From assembly GCA_965637545.1 (NCBI GenBank), contig OZ281497.1, forward strand, positions 23,188,001 through 23,252,000: a stretch of DNA of 64,000 bases, read 5' to 3'. A program made the translations under genes and the position numbers. This document shows positions 12,852 to 26,121 of the stretch, piece by piece. The notes beneath the pieces were generated by a model that saw nothing but the letters and a program-made list of their open reading frames with translations, was not told the DNA's origin and did no database searches. The DNA comes from Phallusia mammillata (Eukaryota). Numbering within the stretch: the stretch's first letter is position 1; each line of letters begins with the position of its first letter.

Positions 12852-14434
12852 TTATAAACGACTCCACTTGGAGGAGAGGACTTTGTAACAAAACACAGCA
12901 CCAGTGTGCGGTGGTTGAATATCTTTGAAGATGACTTCACCGGTGACTGTGTCCTTGTATTCCGAATACAAAACTTCATTGCAAAGTTTAAAACCTACTT
13001 TTTTTGCCAGTTCCTTTGATTTATTTGTATTGGCCACAACTGTGATCATTTCAAAGTTCTTCTCAAGCGCCACATCTTCAAGTCTATGGAACAGAAATGA
13101 TCGTTACTATTAACTTTTAGGTTGAAAAGTGTTGTTTCCATTCTGAAATTAAAGTACCAACGTTCGCATCAACAGCATTGCAAGTCCTCGTCGTTGATAT
13201 TTCGGATTAGCAATTATAATCTCTCCGTTCAGATAAGGCCGTTTATCGACAATTTTAGGTAAATGCTTCAACATGAATTCATCGAACTGAAAAGAGGTTT
13301 CAAGTTTGTAATCTTAAAAATTGACACTCGGTTGTTTTGCATTTTTACATATTTAATTCTGCAATTTTACATTAAATATTACCCTAATATTTCAACGCTT
13401 TTATTATTGTCAATCTTGCAACGTATTTTCAGTGGTAGAGCTACTAACACTGAGCTTGGGCTGGCCCCCGCCCTGAGAACTTCTGGTAGGTGGCGCAAAA
13501 GAGCATAGGCGTTTATGGTGCTGACTCAGCAATTATTCTTACCATAAACGCCTATGCTCTTTTGCGCCACCTACCAGAAGTTCTCAGGGCGGGGGCCAGC
13601 CCAAGCTCAGTGTTAGTAGCTCTACCATTTTCAGTTTACAACGTAAAAATTGGGTTGCAACACGTTGTATATTACTTTTTTATTACGATTTTATTCCAAC
13701 AACTCTTAATTAACAATGCCCACCCTCAACATTTTATCAAGAGAAGGGGTGTTTTCACCCGTGGTAAAAATCTCTGGATGAAAATACTTGTTCCATTTTG
13801 TGACTAAAACACAAGCACACAACGTATTTGATTGAACATCAAAGACTCCAAAAGACACGCTTTGTGGAACAAGAAACTGCAACAAAAATAATTAAACTTT
13901 ATAAATATTCCTTGTTTTACAAACGGCCACGAATATCTGCTTGTTTTCTTTCAACATTACTGATGTTATTGGTTCATCCCATGTATATATCTAATCGCGC
14001 CTGAAAAGTCTAGAAAAATTGCTAACTTGCTCAGATCGAGCTGAACAGGCTGTATGAACATCATACTCAATACTCTTCCCAGCCCCACAAAATCTTTCTA
14101 GCGCAATTTTAAAATACAATTAGTTATAGCAAACGAGTTTTATTTACGCACGGCCGCCAGCAAGTATACTTTATTAAACATATTCACCGCATAAACTCAT
14201 TTCTGCGGCTACAGGTTGTGCATCCCTGCCTTACAGTAAGCTACTCTACTGTTAGTGCTTTTCATTCCCGTTTAACATTACCTTGATACATGTGTCGATG
14301 AAGATATTCTTTTCCGTGTCTGTAAATTGTAAACATTTTGCAGTCACTTCCTCATTCAAATAAAATAACAGCAGTTTGCGGATCTCTGCTGAATCTTCTA
14401 CTGCCAGAAGTCTTGTGCTAAATTGGCCTTCCAT
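12852..14434 (-). CDS. GNAT N-acyltransferase, insect-AANAT-like, copy 1 (intact, ends SKWSRL)
   Basis: Exons 14434-14282, 13876-13724, 13286-13162, 13083-12852 (about 220 aa). Acetyl-CoA motif A NPKYQRRGLAMLLM; C-terminal YSEYKDTVTGEVIFKDIQPPH resembles the insect AANAT tail. Confidence 0.85.
13434..13626. mobile_element. Fold-back Mutator-like MITE (GGTAGAGCTACT family) in intron 2 of GNAT copy 1
   Basis: Perfect 86-bp arms (13434-13519 and 13541-13626), 21-nt loop, perfect 9-bp TSD ATTTTCAGT (13425-13433 and 13627-13635). Confidence 0.88.
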
Positions 14435-15725
14435 TTGTTTCTCATTCAACTAAGTTGACCTTCTGTATCAGCCGCAGCTGTTGAGCTTTAATCTTCAAAA
14501 ATATAAAGAGTTTTAGAAATGGCTGCGAAGTTTTCTTAAAGCATGTTTAAAACTCTTGATTTACAAAATTGCGATGTTGGGCAACTTGACTTTCATAACT
14601 AAGTTTTTGTTTTACAATTGTGACATTTGGCAAATTGACCAAAAACTTAACAGTAGAAAATAGTGGCAGCAAAAAACTGTTAAAACTGTATTCCATATGG
14701 TACGAGTTTGTCTGTTAAACATGATAGATCGTTTGCTTTTCGTTAAGCAAGGATATCATTAATCAGCACACTATTCGGGCAATTTGTATTGATGAAGTTT
14801 CTGATTTCATGTATTTCGTCGTTGCATTTGTTAACTATTTTCAAATACGAATACTGTATAACTCGCTGGCACTCGAAAACTAAGGAACTGTTCATAAATT
14901 CTAATAACACAACGCAGGTATATTTGCAGCCTATTCGAATGACGCAAAACGTATGTGACATTATGTCTACCACATACTTTCTAAAATTTATGGTAAACAA
15001 ATGTTGCCACACGTTAAAAACCACAATTCTTGTACTAGCCCAACTTCTTAGCTACCTGCAACTACATGTCAAGTTCTGCATCGTTCAGCTTGTTTTACAC
15101 CTCGCAGCACAAAAAACCCTTTCCAAGTGGCACACATTTGTTGTGTACGGCCTATATATCAGGCGTGGCTTTTGGAATTTTTGTAAGTTGTTAAAAAAGA
15201 GTGACTATCGGAACTTTGTACTGTCTCCCAACGTTTATGTAGTTGCTAAAAGTAACAATGCTGCTTGGTTTACCAGGTATCGGTAATAATAACATCAAAC
15301 ATTGGTTTTGGTGTCACAATTCTGACAGATTGATCTTCCTTTGTGGTCCCAAGCGCCACTTGATGCTTCATGGACACCGGACATTTTCTACCCGACCCAA
15401 ATCTTATTTGTAAATATCGTAACTTGTTTTCTGTGTTGCTTGTGCTTACTTAGTAAGTCAGCAAACAATCGTCATTTGTACTTTCTTGCTTAAAACTGAG
15501 GATGCCATTAAATCGGCGAAATCGATATCTTAAATTTATTTTTTATTTCTTGCTTAGAACTAAGGATGCCATTACCTCGTCGAAATCGATATTATTTACA
15601 ATACATTGCAAAACGAAAAACACAGATTGATTTAGGTGCATTGAAAGCTTCAGTTTACTAATTGATTTTGTATTGAAGTTACAATAATGTTAATGCAGTT
15701 AAAATGAGCGTTTCAAAATTTCCCT

Positions 15726-18700
15726 TTACAAACGACTGCGCTTTGAGGTGAGTTCTTTGTAGCAAAACGCAGCACCAGTGTGAGGTGGTGGAATGTCTTT
15801 GAAGATTGCTTCACCGGTGACTGCGTCCTTGTATTCCGAATACCGAACTTCATTGCTAAGTTGCCATCCAAGTTTTTTAACCAGTTCTTTTGATTTATTT
15901 GTATTGGCAACCCCGATAATAAATTCAAACTTCTTCTCCAACGCTATGTCTTCGAGACTGTTAAAACATAAAGCATAATTTTCATTGCTAATTGGACAAT
16001 TTTATAAACTAGAGATGTACCGAATCGGCTAATTTTCGAATATTTGTGTTTCGTCAACATTTTAGTTCTGTAGGGTTTAACTTGGCCTTAGGCATGATTG
16101 TCAGCCACCAATAAATTACTGATTTGTTGTCTGTGCGAAAAACAATGTATTGAAAATGTTAATACTTGACGCAATTGGAGTTTTGACGTAGTTTAAAAGA
16201 TTGTACGGTGCCGCATCTAAGGCTGAAAAGACACGTTTTACGCTTTAAATTTGTTTTTATTCGGCCGAAAATTGACAAAGATTCGGTACATCTCTTGTAT
16301 AAACAGCTCGTTTGGAGATCGTATTAAAAGGTAATCTACTCACAGTTGCATTAGATGCATCGCAAGACCACGACGTTGGATTTTCGGATTCGCGACAACA
16401 ATCTCCCCGTGTAGATAAGGCCGTTCATTAATAATTTTCGGTGCGTCTTTAAGCATATATTCATCAAACTGAAAACAGTACATTGTGCAAGTGACATTTA
16501 TGACAGTGCCGGATTGCATATTTCCAAAATGTAATCTATTTCGCATATGGGGCTTTTTTAACCAATCAGAGGGACAGATTTTTGCGGACTTTCGTTACGT
16601 CACGTAGGCCGTTGCGTAGTGGTTTACTTTGCGCATTTTCGATGTTGTAAGGTCGTCACTGCTTTTTCAAGTCAAAATAATATTTTATTTTGAAAATATG
16701 GCGAAAATGGAAGCATTCAGTACAAAAGTGCAGGTAATGACCAGTATATAATGTATTGCAATAAACTAGACTGATTATATTTTTCTCTTTGTAAAATTAC
16801 TGATATTATGCACAGCAGCACACATGCAGGCTACTTTCAGAGAAATATATGCAATTTTGTTTTAGATACCATCGCATCGTGAAAACAACAGCGCGGATAA
16901 AGCAAGCAGCAAGATAGAAGTGTTCATGTTTACTAAAATGCAATGCTTTAAGTTGTATGTAATGGCAACAATGAGGGCTGGTCTTTTATATTTAAAGCTA
17001 CTTTTAAATGACATAAATATCTGAAATCAACATACTGCTTAAACTTCCAAAATGTTTACAGTAATCAGCAGTATAATCTTACACTGCAAAAAAAATTAGC
17101 TAGCTATGAAGTCAAAAAATAAAATGGCTGAATTCAAGCCAAAAACGGTTTGGAATCGCCCATTTTAAAAATCTTTTTAAACATGGCTTATATCAATCCA
17201 GTATCGGCTTGTAATGAGCCATGTTTCTACTTTCACACTGAAAGTTTGTTGGCTGAAAATTAAAAATGGTTTCGGCTCATTTCCAGTCAAAAAATGAGTC
17301 AGTACAGTTAAAGGTTGGTCCTTATGACTCAATAGTGAGCCATTATTTTTTGCAGTGTACTATCAATCTGTAATGAGTTGACATCTTTTGTTGTTAACAA
17401 CCTTTGGATTATACAAATACCCAGTTCAAATACTGTGTTATTTTCTTGTAACGAAGTGTTTGTGGGCGCTATTTTTTCCATTTAGTTTTTTTAATAGCAT
17501 ATAGGCCCACGTCAGTTGATTTGTTGAACTCTCCAATCTGTCCTAAAATTGTTTTTGGCAAGTACAGAACAATAATTGCCTCTGCACCTCCTTCCAAAAA
17601 GCACACATTTAAGTTATGGTGGGGCAAAACACATGTATCAAATCCTGAGGTTCTGTAAAAGATGTTTAAAATGTGTAAACGAAAGCTTTCGTGGTCAATA
17701 GTTGGAAATAACAAAATGAAATACCATCATTCTATTTTAGATTTTGGTATAGATTGTATAAACATGTTGGAAAACTCACATTAATATCCTTGTCAAAAAC
17801 TAGTGTTGTTTATATGGGTATCAAAAGTACTGGTTGCCTTGACCTTGTTGTCATTAAAAAAAATTAGGCCTGAAAAAACTTTTTGTTCACTACCAATTTA
17901 CCCAGTACACCAAAGTTTTCATTTTCTACAGTGTATCCATTAAAGTGTCCTGTATAAGCCTCCTGAATTGCACTGCCTTCATGAGTCTTGTGGTCGTATA
18001 TGTGTAATTAATAAACTGGAAAACGGCAAGCATAATGATGACTTTAAAAAAGGCAGGCATAGTGTTTAACCATAAGCCAGCAGTCAATTTTAATTGTTGT
18101 CTTTTCTTTCCACAAATATCCAAAACCATTTCATTTTTATTAAACAAACATTAATCACATTTTATCACCAATATGAAAACAATACTTTTTATAATCTTTT
18201 GAGACAATACATACAGATTAAAACATTTTTGGAATGCACTGTGTCAATCTGAAATAACTTTTTTTAGACGCCAATTATACTTTACACATAAATTTTGAAA
18301 TGCTTGTGTCAGGGCAGCCAGACTTTTTCTGTGGTCTATCCTTTCCGAAGTTTGATAGTTTTGGCAATGTAGAGGTTCTTTTTTTTTCAGATTTGATACA
18401 TAAATATATACAATCTCTTGTGAAGATTGTTCTATTATGTTATGATATGTTCATGATCAAATTAATAATGACACAAACGTCGAAAATGCTGAGGCTTAAG
18501 CATACTTCCATGCGGCAACAATAAATGTCCTACAATGATACAGCACTCAATCCTGAAATAGTGTGCTTTGGATAAGAGTGGTTGTTGGCAACTGCACTTC
18601 TTCATCTGTTACAAGCAACTTGGTCCTATTTGATTGCATTTGTTAAGTTGCCTCGGTGTTAAGTTTGACTTAAACATTTATAGATACAAGGCATAGAGTG

Positions 18701-20355
18701 TTGAATTTAATTGCACTGGTTTTATGTTGGAATTTTTTAGTACTAAAAAATGTTTGATACACATTCATTGGAAATTAAATCGGTATAAATTAGGGCCCAA
18801 ATTTTGGGTAATTTCATTGACATAGCAACCCCAATTTGGCTTGATACACGGTCAAAATTTGGACCAACCCCCAGTCGTCAGATTGGTTGACCAAACCAAT
18901 TTTTTGACAAAAATTCAAGGTCAAATTTGGATAATTTTTTGCTGGTACAAAGACAACTTGGAATTCCAGCTTGTTTTAGAGATTTCACATGTGTTTCACA
19001 TCTGCAGAAAGACTGTCCACTATATCCAAGCCAATTTGACTATTCTTCTGCTGAAGTTTTTTTCCTCCAAAAAACATTTCGGTTCTTTCTTTTGTTACTA
19101 CCAAACAAGTGCTTCTACGAAATGTTGTGCTTCTATTTTTTGAGTTTTAGCTGCAACTAGGTCTATGGTTTTGCCTACACAACAACTCAAGTTCAGTTTT
19201 TTTAAATTTAATTACCATTACTATAATAAAACTACATGCATAGTACGCTTATACTGGTATTACTATAAACAATGCTATTACCATTAAAACTACATACATA
19301 TGCTTAAACTGGCATAACTCTAAGCAATGCTAATGAAAACAAGCTACACCTGCGAAACGGAACTTAAAATTTAAAATAAGTTGATTGCATGGTTGTCACG
19401 CATCGTGTCCTGTGATTGGTCAAAAGCAAAGTGTTCTCTGATTGGTTTGGACTGCCGAAGCGGCGGTGAAAACGATACCTGTGATTGGTTAAAAAAGCCC
19501 CATATGCGAAATAGATTACATTTTGGAAATATGCTGCCGGATTATAGTCCATGTAATGATGGTTGCTAAATAAGGGTTGCGTTAAAACCCCTGGGGGTCC
19601 GCCAAGCGTTTTCAGGGGGTCCGCGACAACTTTTTAACTCCCGCAAAACGAGATTAATAATCGCAATTTGAAAAAAAAAAACGCTTTGGCGTTTAAAAAA
19701 TAGCATGAAACTTGTTTGAAAACTTTCTACGTAGGCGACAAACCACAATGCATTATGACATCTAAATCCCATTGTGATGCAACAAACGTAAATTGTCAGC
19801 GGAAAACAACGTCACATTACACTGCAATGGCTCTTTCTTGTTGCAATTAAAATTTTTGTCCTGGACTGAATGTGGTTGTAACTTTATGCACCATGTTTTG
19901 GTTGCTTAAAGCAAAAAGGTTGAGAACCACTGGTTTAAAGTAAAAATTTTATTATGTAAAAAGGAAAAAAAAACGCAATCTTACCCTTAGTAACTTGTTC
20001 AGTGCAGGTGTATGTTGACCGAGGTTAAAATTTTCTGGCAGTACATGTTTGTTCCAAGCTGTATTCAAATGACAAGCAAGCATCTCATCCGATTTCTCAT
20101 CAAACACACCAATACAAGTGCCTTGAGGGACAACAAACTGTAAGAAAAGTTGCTGCATGAAGATCTTTAAACGAGAACAAACTTTAGTTATTGCACAACG
20201 ACCTTCAAATACGTATCTACAAAGAGGTCCTTCTCGAAAGCTGACAATTGCAAGCATTTTGCAGTTACTTCTTCATTTATATATAACATCAGAAGTTGGC
20301 GAATCCCAACAGAATCCTCTACCGTCAAACGTCTTGTTCGAAAATGACTGGCCAT
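15726..20355 (-). CDS. GNAT N-acyltransferase, insect-AANAT-like, copy 2 (intact, ends SKRSRL)
   Basis: Exons 20355-20203, 20137-19985, 16468-16344, 15957-15726; motif NPKIQRRGLAMHLM; intron 2 enlarged to 3.5 kb by transposons. Confidence 0.83.
16010..16296. mobile_element. hAT-type MITE in intron 3 of GNAT copy 2
   Basis: TIR (T/A)AGAGATGTACCGAAT; 8-bp flanks TTATAAAC and GTATAAAC (7/8). A right-end fragment of the same family lies at about 7008-7039. Confidence 0.75.
16516..19534. mobile_element. 3.0-kb non-autonomous Mutator-like element in intron 2 of GNAT copy 2
   Basis: Perfect 53-bp TIRs starting GCATATTTCCAAAATGTAATC; perfect 9-bp TSD TGCCGGATT (16507-16515 and 19535-19543); no recognisable transposase ORF. 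Confidence 0.85.
17082..17357. mobile_element. CACTA/EnSpm-like MITE nested in the Mutator-like element
   Basis: Termini CACTGCAAAAAA and TTTTTTGCAGTG, flanked by TA on both sides. Confidence 0.65.
19590..19932. mobile_element. Partial hAT-Charlie-type MITE
   Basis: Right TIR GGTTGAGAACCACTG followed by GTTTAAAG; GGGTCCGC subterminal motifs; left end not found. Confidence 0.6.
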
Positions 20356-23300
20356 TTTTCACCACAACTAATCCAGCTGCTGTGCGATACAACCTAACTT
20401 GTGCGAAACTAGATTGTTTGTTGCCTGAATTCTGTTGAATTAAGTTGTAAAGTTTGACTAAATAGACATGAATCTTCTGCTCAAGACATGTAATGCCATT
20501 AACGCTAATCTTCCAAAGCTACAAAACAGCAGAAGAAATGTTGCTACTGTGACCTACTTAAACTGCTGTGCACTATGTACTGTCCTATGGTGTTTACCTT
20601 CTTCTATCGTTTGTGTTTGATCACAAACCGACCACGAGTGATTTGGAACGTTGACCAGTTGTATGCGGCTTTCGTGCACGAAACATGACTCGCGTGAAAC
20701 GATGTAATGTCAAGGATATTGCTTGGCTGTTTCATCCGAGAAGATAAAATTGTTTGGCATTTTTGGCGTTCTGTTTCACTGATCAAAAAACATCACCATA
20801 CATTCAGTTACGAGTCGTTCTGCTGGGTCATGTTAATGTTTGTCGCTACGAGCTTTGTGATGTAGCATCTAAGTTGGGCAAAGTTTGCTGCACGAACATC
20901 GACTGTGTTTTAAATCAGTTGTTCTTAAACAATTCAAATTCCTTTGCTGATTTAAAATAATTTTGAAATTGTAACATTTTGGTAACAAATATATTCGAAA
21001 TGAGGGTCTAGGCCAGTGGTTCTCAAACAGAGCCCATGTTGTCTTGATCTTCCTTAAGCTTCAATGTATAAGCCTGTCAATCAAACTTCATAGCCTCTCA
21101 ACAACGATTCGGTTCGGGCCGGGTTTTGGACTTGTACTTTTGGGTTCGGGCGGGGTTATGACTCCACTTTCGAGCCCGTTTACAACTCTGGTCCTTATAT
21201 TCCGAATACAGGACTTCATGGCAACGTTGATATGCGAGGTTTTTACTAAGACCTTTTGATTTCTAATTAGCTGACTTAGCTGCGGGCTTACAGCAATGAA
21301 TCATGCAATCCTGTGCGCTAAACACCCCCTTTTGCGTTTTAAACACGCGTGTGCTACGATATGGACATGTTGCCTTTAGCTTATTTCATTCAGTGCCACA
21401 GGACGCGATCGCCTAATTAAGATGTTTTAAATCAGTTGCCCGAAGGTTTGCAAACACAAACCTTAAACAACGTTATTGTTTTCCAACGTAGGAGTGTTGA
21501 CAAACAGTTGTCGAATACTTACTTCATCAGTATTGCTTTGGTATTACATTTAAAGTTGATCACAGTAGGTTCGCTATTCTGGAAGCTGGTGTATATATGT
21601 GTGTAAACACATGATAAATTAAAAGGAACGTTGGTTGCAACCATATTCAAAGTCTGATACCCAAACATTGTGTTGACAAACGGCTTTGTAAGCATATCAT
21701 TAAAACACACACATGACAAAACAGAGATTACCTTGGCATTCGCAATTGATTCTTAAATTAGTTAAATAAACTTAGCATATCTTGTAGTCTCTTTTGCACC
21801 AATCATTTGACATTAAAAATACTGCTGATCATTTCACACTGTCGCTGCACAAGCCTATCGTAGAAATACATCAATTTCTTTTATTTCGAATAAGCGGTTT
21901 TGTGGTGGGGCAGCTTGTTTAGACACCTCTCCTTTAAGTGAATGTTAGAAAATTTATCGAAATCTGATTCTAAATGGTTTATTTGAAGGTACGGCACAAC
22001 TTGCGTTCTTCGTAACGAAGTACGTGGTTCGGTCATTGTAATTTGTATTACGGTTGCTAATTGGACACATATGTTAATCAGGTAAATGGGAAGTTTTGTG
22101 GTTTTGAAAGTGGCTTATTGTAACTTTAAGTGCATTGCAAGGTCTTGACATTAACACAAATTTGCATTAATAATTTCTACGAGTAGATCCGTGATAAAAG
22201 TTTCAGTTTCAAACCGGCCCGCAGTGCAAAAATGTGGCCGACCCCTGTTGCACGTGATAAAAAACTTGTTTGTGTTTTATAGTTGTTTGTTTTACTTTTA
22301 TTTAAATCACTTGGTGGAGTGGAACTTTAGTTCTCGTTTATTGACAGGTTTTATCTTCATAATATAATGTTACTTTAACTAGAAGTCATAATTCTTCCAC
22401 AAAAAGCCATAAAGTAAACTCACGCAATAGTAGAATAACAACGTCATACTTTAAATTAGGTGACGTCATATGATAGCATAAATAGTTACTCAGATTAAAA
22501 AGACTAACTAGCAACGTTACATCAAGTGTGGGGTCAAGTTTATTCAGTACCTGCTGGTGTGGCAATGTATTTTATATTTTTGTGTGTTTTTCATTTTAGC
22601 GGCATATCACACACGTCAAGGCAATTACACCTTTTTTTAAAGTCTAGAGGTCTTGGATGTTGCGTTTTCTAAAATCACACACCCTAACACTTACCCAATC
22701 GCAAAACCGTTCTTTATAGCCGCCTTCGTTGTACAGTAATTAATTCCTTTGTTTCGGAGCGACACTACTTTTGCCCCGAGTTACAAATGCCCTTTGTTAT
22801 GTGACTATATATTTGCGTTTGCTAGTCCAAAAAAATACACTGCAAACTAGACTACTTGGCCAACAGCGATAAAAGTTTACCGTAAGGCCTAGGCAAAGAA
22901 ATCTTGTAGGTCTTTCGTTTGACAGTACAGCATCCGACTTGTTTCAGCTTAGAAACTTAAGTAAATGATTTTTTCTACAAAGAATATTCCTTTCATTGCA
23001 TTAAATAGAAACTTATACAAAGACAAGTTTCATCTTGTACAATCTGTTGGTGTTGCATAATCCAACACAGTCTGGTTGTAATACAGACTTGGGCTGGTTT
23101 CCATTTTCTTTGAAAAGTGATCAAGTTTTCATATACACGCTGAAAGTTTTGTCAATAAATGCAGGATGTCCGGTTGTCCCATGATGGTTTGGTTCTCTCG
23201 GATTGATACACAACGCTTGGTCTTCAGGCTGATAAACAGACTTTTGCGAGGCATTTCGAAATGGCGGATTTTTCTTGTAACTTTTGTAACTTCGTATTAT

Positions 23301-23850
23301 CTTTTAAAAGTGCAAAAACGTATGTCTCAAGCCGAGGAGAGGTATATTACAGCCTCGTCTTAGTTGCATCGAAGCAGATGATTATGTTTAGAGTTGTGAT
23401 TAGTCGCATTGATACTAAAACCTAGACTAAAACTTTGCTAAGCCTAATGTTTATGTCTCTAGTTTCTATAATCGTGTTGTCAATATTTAGGATTGTTATC
23501 AAGCTCCTATCATTGTGCCACGTGGGCTATATCGTAGCTCATTACATTAAAATTAGATGGTGTTGTGTAAAAGGTTGTATGCATTTGAAGGTATTGCCCT
23601 ACTGAAATTATAACTTACCTCCAAGCTCGAATTAATTAGCACTCACAAATCGAAAGGCATAATAGTGAATTCACCTTTGACTAAGCATAAATTGAAAGAC
23701 ATACTCTTTGTTAACGTAAAATTATATGTTAGTTTGTGCCGTCAGTTTAGAACTTAAATAGACATTGTAGTCTTAATGGGCGATAACTTCAAACGTTACA
23801 GTTCTGTTACAGCAAAAAAATTTTGAGCCAAAAAAAAGCGTGTAAAATAA

Positions 23851-25367
23851 ATGGAGGGGCGATTTTTTATGAGACTTTTGACACCAAAGAACAAGAATAT
23901 AATTCGCAAACTTTTCAAGTTTTATTTTGAAGAGGAAGTAACTTTGAAATCTTTGCAACTATCGGAAGTTGAAAAGGACGTTATCATTAAAACTTACATG
24001 AAGGTGGGATTTCCTAATTTTAAGTATTTTAAAAAACAAACCTGTGTAACAAAAACGTTGATGTTAATATAAGTTAACGACGATTTTTCAGTCGGTCGTT
24101 CCTCAAAACTTGTCCGTTGGTGTGTCTGATGTCAAATCGGATGAGATATGTGGATGCGCGTTTGGTTCCATTGGGGATAGTAATCCTGACATGCACAGTT
24201 ATGACACCGATAAGCTCACTCCTTCCCTTGCTAAGCTACTAAGGGTAAGCGAAACGACGCTATAAGCACATTTTAAATATATCTCTTATTTGCAAAATAT
24301 TTATAATGCGTTACCTATAATTAACTCTTATTTGCAAATGCGGCACATTTTAAATATATCTCTTATTTGCAAAATATTTATAATGCGTTACCTATGAACA
24401 AGTCCGTTACCTATATTTTATTCAACTTTGTACTGAATTGTATTGCATTAATTTTGAAACCGGGCATGAAAATGGTTTAAACAGTACAGAAACATTACAC
24501 TAGTGCCACAGAATCGGGAAACGGCAGCAAAAACCTCACGGTTGAAAATGCGCCAAAGCAAAAATTTTTACATAAAAAGGACATAATATTATAAGACGGC
24601 CGCACCCTTAACACTACAGCCGCACCCTTAATACTACGTTTGAAACAGTAAGGTACGAAATTGAAAAATAAGTCAATATGAAAACCAAACACACAGAAAT
24701 TGATTCGTTTTAGTTGTTGCTATTATAATATTTTACCACACATAAAAGCTCAGCTATAAAACATAGCTGCTAGGTTCATGAAATCTATGACACGTAGGTA
24801 TTTACCAAGCCTATGTATTAAATTTTAACCTTCTGCCGAAATATAAACCTTACTATGTTTCAGTTTGAAGAATACATGTTAAAAGACTTGCCACGAATTG
24901 TCAACCAACGACCGTATCTGCACATTGATGATGTGCTTGTGAAAACGAAATATCAACGTCAAGGTCTTGCAATGCACTTGGTGCAAAAGTGAGATTTGTA
25001 TAATCTTTGTTTTTTTGCTGGCACTTCTCAAAAGCATTTGGGTTACAACAATTTTAATGTCATTGCAATATGCAAACCGCATATAGCTGTAAGACCACTA
25101 TAAACTAAAATGACACGATGTTTTTTGTCGTTCAGGCTAGAAGAGATAGCGTTGGAAAATAAGTGCGAATTATTAACATGCGTGGCCAATACATATAAGT
25201 CAAACGGAGTTGCGAAAAAACATGGGTTTCAAATCCACAATGAAGTTCTCTACTCCAAATACAAGGACACAGTAAGCGGAGAAGTCATCTTTAAGGATAT
25301 TCCAGCACCCTATACTGGTGCTGCGTTCGGCTCCAAAGTCCTTTCTCCCCAGGAGAGCTGTTTGTGA
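23851..25367 (+). CDS. GNAT N-acyltransferase, insect-AANAT-like, copy 3 (intact, the only + strand copy, ends QESCL)
   Basis: Exons 23851-24003, 24092-24244, 24864-24988, 25136-25367; motif KTKYQRQGLAMHLV. Confidence 0.83.
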
Positions 25368-26121
25368 TTGGATTTTCTTTAACTGCTAAAACCTTATCTT
25401 AACGGATTGTTGTAATTTTGTGTGGTAATAATTTGGGGTAAACTTGTTTGAAATTTTTTGGACTTGGTTGCATTGCGGCTTTCGCCAACGGACTGCAATA
25501 AGACTGAACCCAGAGAGAACATTGCGATTGTTTGACATAAAATACAAGTAACGCGTTGAAAGAAACTGCGTGCTATATGATTTTGACATTTATAAGTAAG
25601 TGTAGCGACTGCTTAGTGGCTAATATACTGCTATTGGTCAACAGCGAAAAGAGTTACCTGTAAGGCATCAGCATGATATAATTTGTAGGTTCAGCAAAAG
25701 GCCGGAAATGCACAAATTGTTTTTGCAGTTTTTCGCAGAGAAACATTTAGGACTGTGAGTCGACCAATTTTAGAATTTGGCATGGTAAGGAGAATATGAA
25801 ATAAAAAAATTATATAACTTATTACAAACTGGTTAAAGATGTGCTTTCCTAGCACTCAAAACGTAAAATTAAATGAAGCGTTTGTTATAACACAGTAAAA
25901 GGATACACAAAATTATCTCATTGTGCTGATAACCCTCCTTGTCAACATTTTAAAACCGCCCCGTCTTTCGACGTAATTTCATCAGAAGAAGTTGAGGATA
26001 CAAGTTGAAATTATTTCCCAGAATACGAACTTTTAATGAAAAACAATGTCTCTAAAAATTGAACATGAAACTAAGCAATACTTAGATAGTATGATTTAGT
26101 CTATTAAATTCGTGTAACTGT

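Noticed and set aside
12403-12852. Operon or trans-splicing organisation, or antisense overlap of convergent genes
   Set aside because: No spliced-leader sequence was recognised, and UTR overlap cannot be judged without transcript data.
13263-13807. ORFs of 81 and 105 aa on the + strand
   Set aside because: They run through the fold-back MITE and are antisense to GNAT copy 1.
14743-15286. Overlapping 93-aa and 165-aa ORFs between GNAT copies 1 and 2
   Set aside because: No ATG-led coherent protein or motif; composition looks non-coding.
24267-24394. About 52-bp direct duplication in intron 2 of copy 3; also a 34-bp tandem duplication at 29227-29294
   Set aside because: Ordinary local slippage duplications with no further structure.
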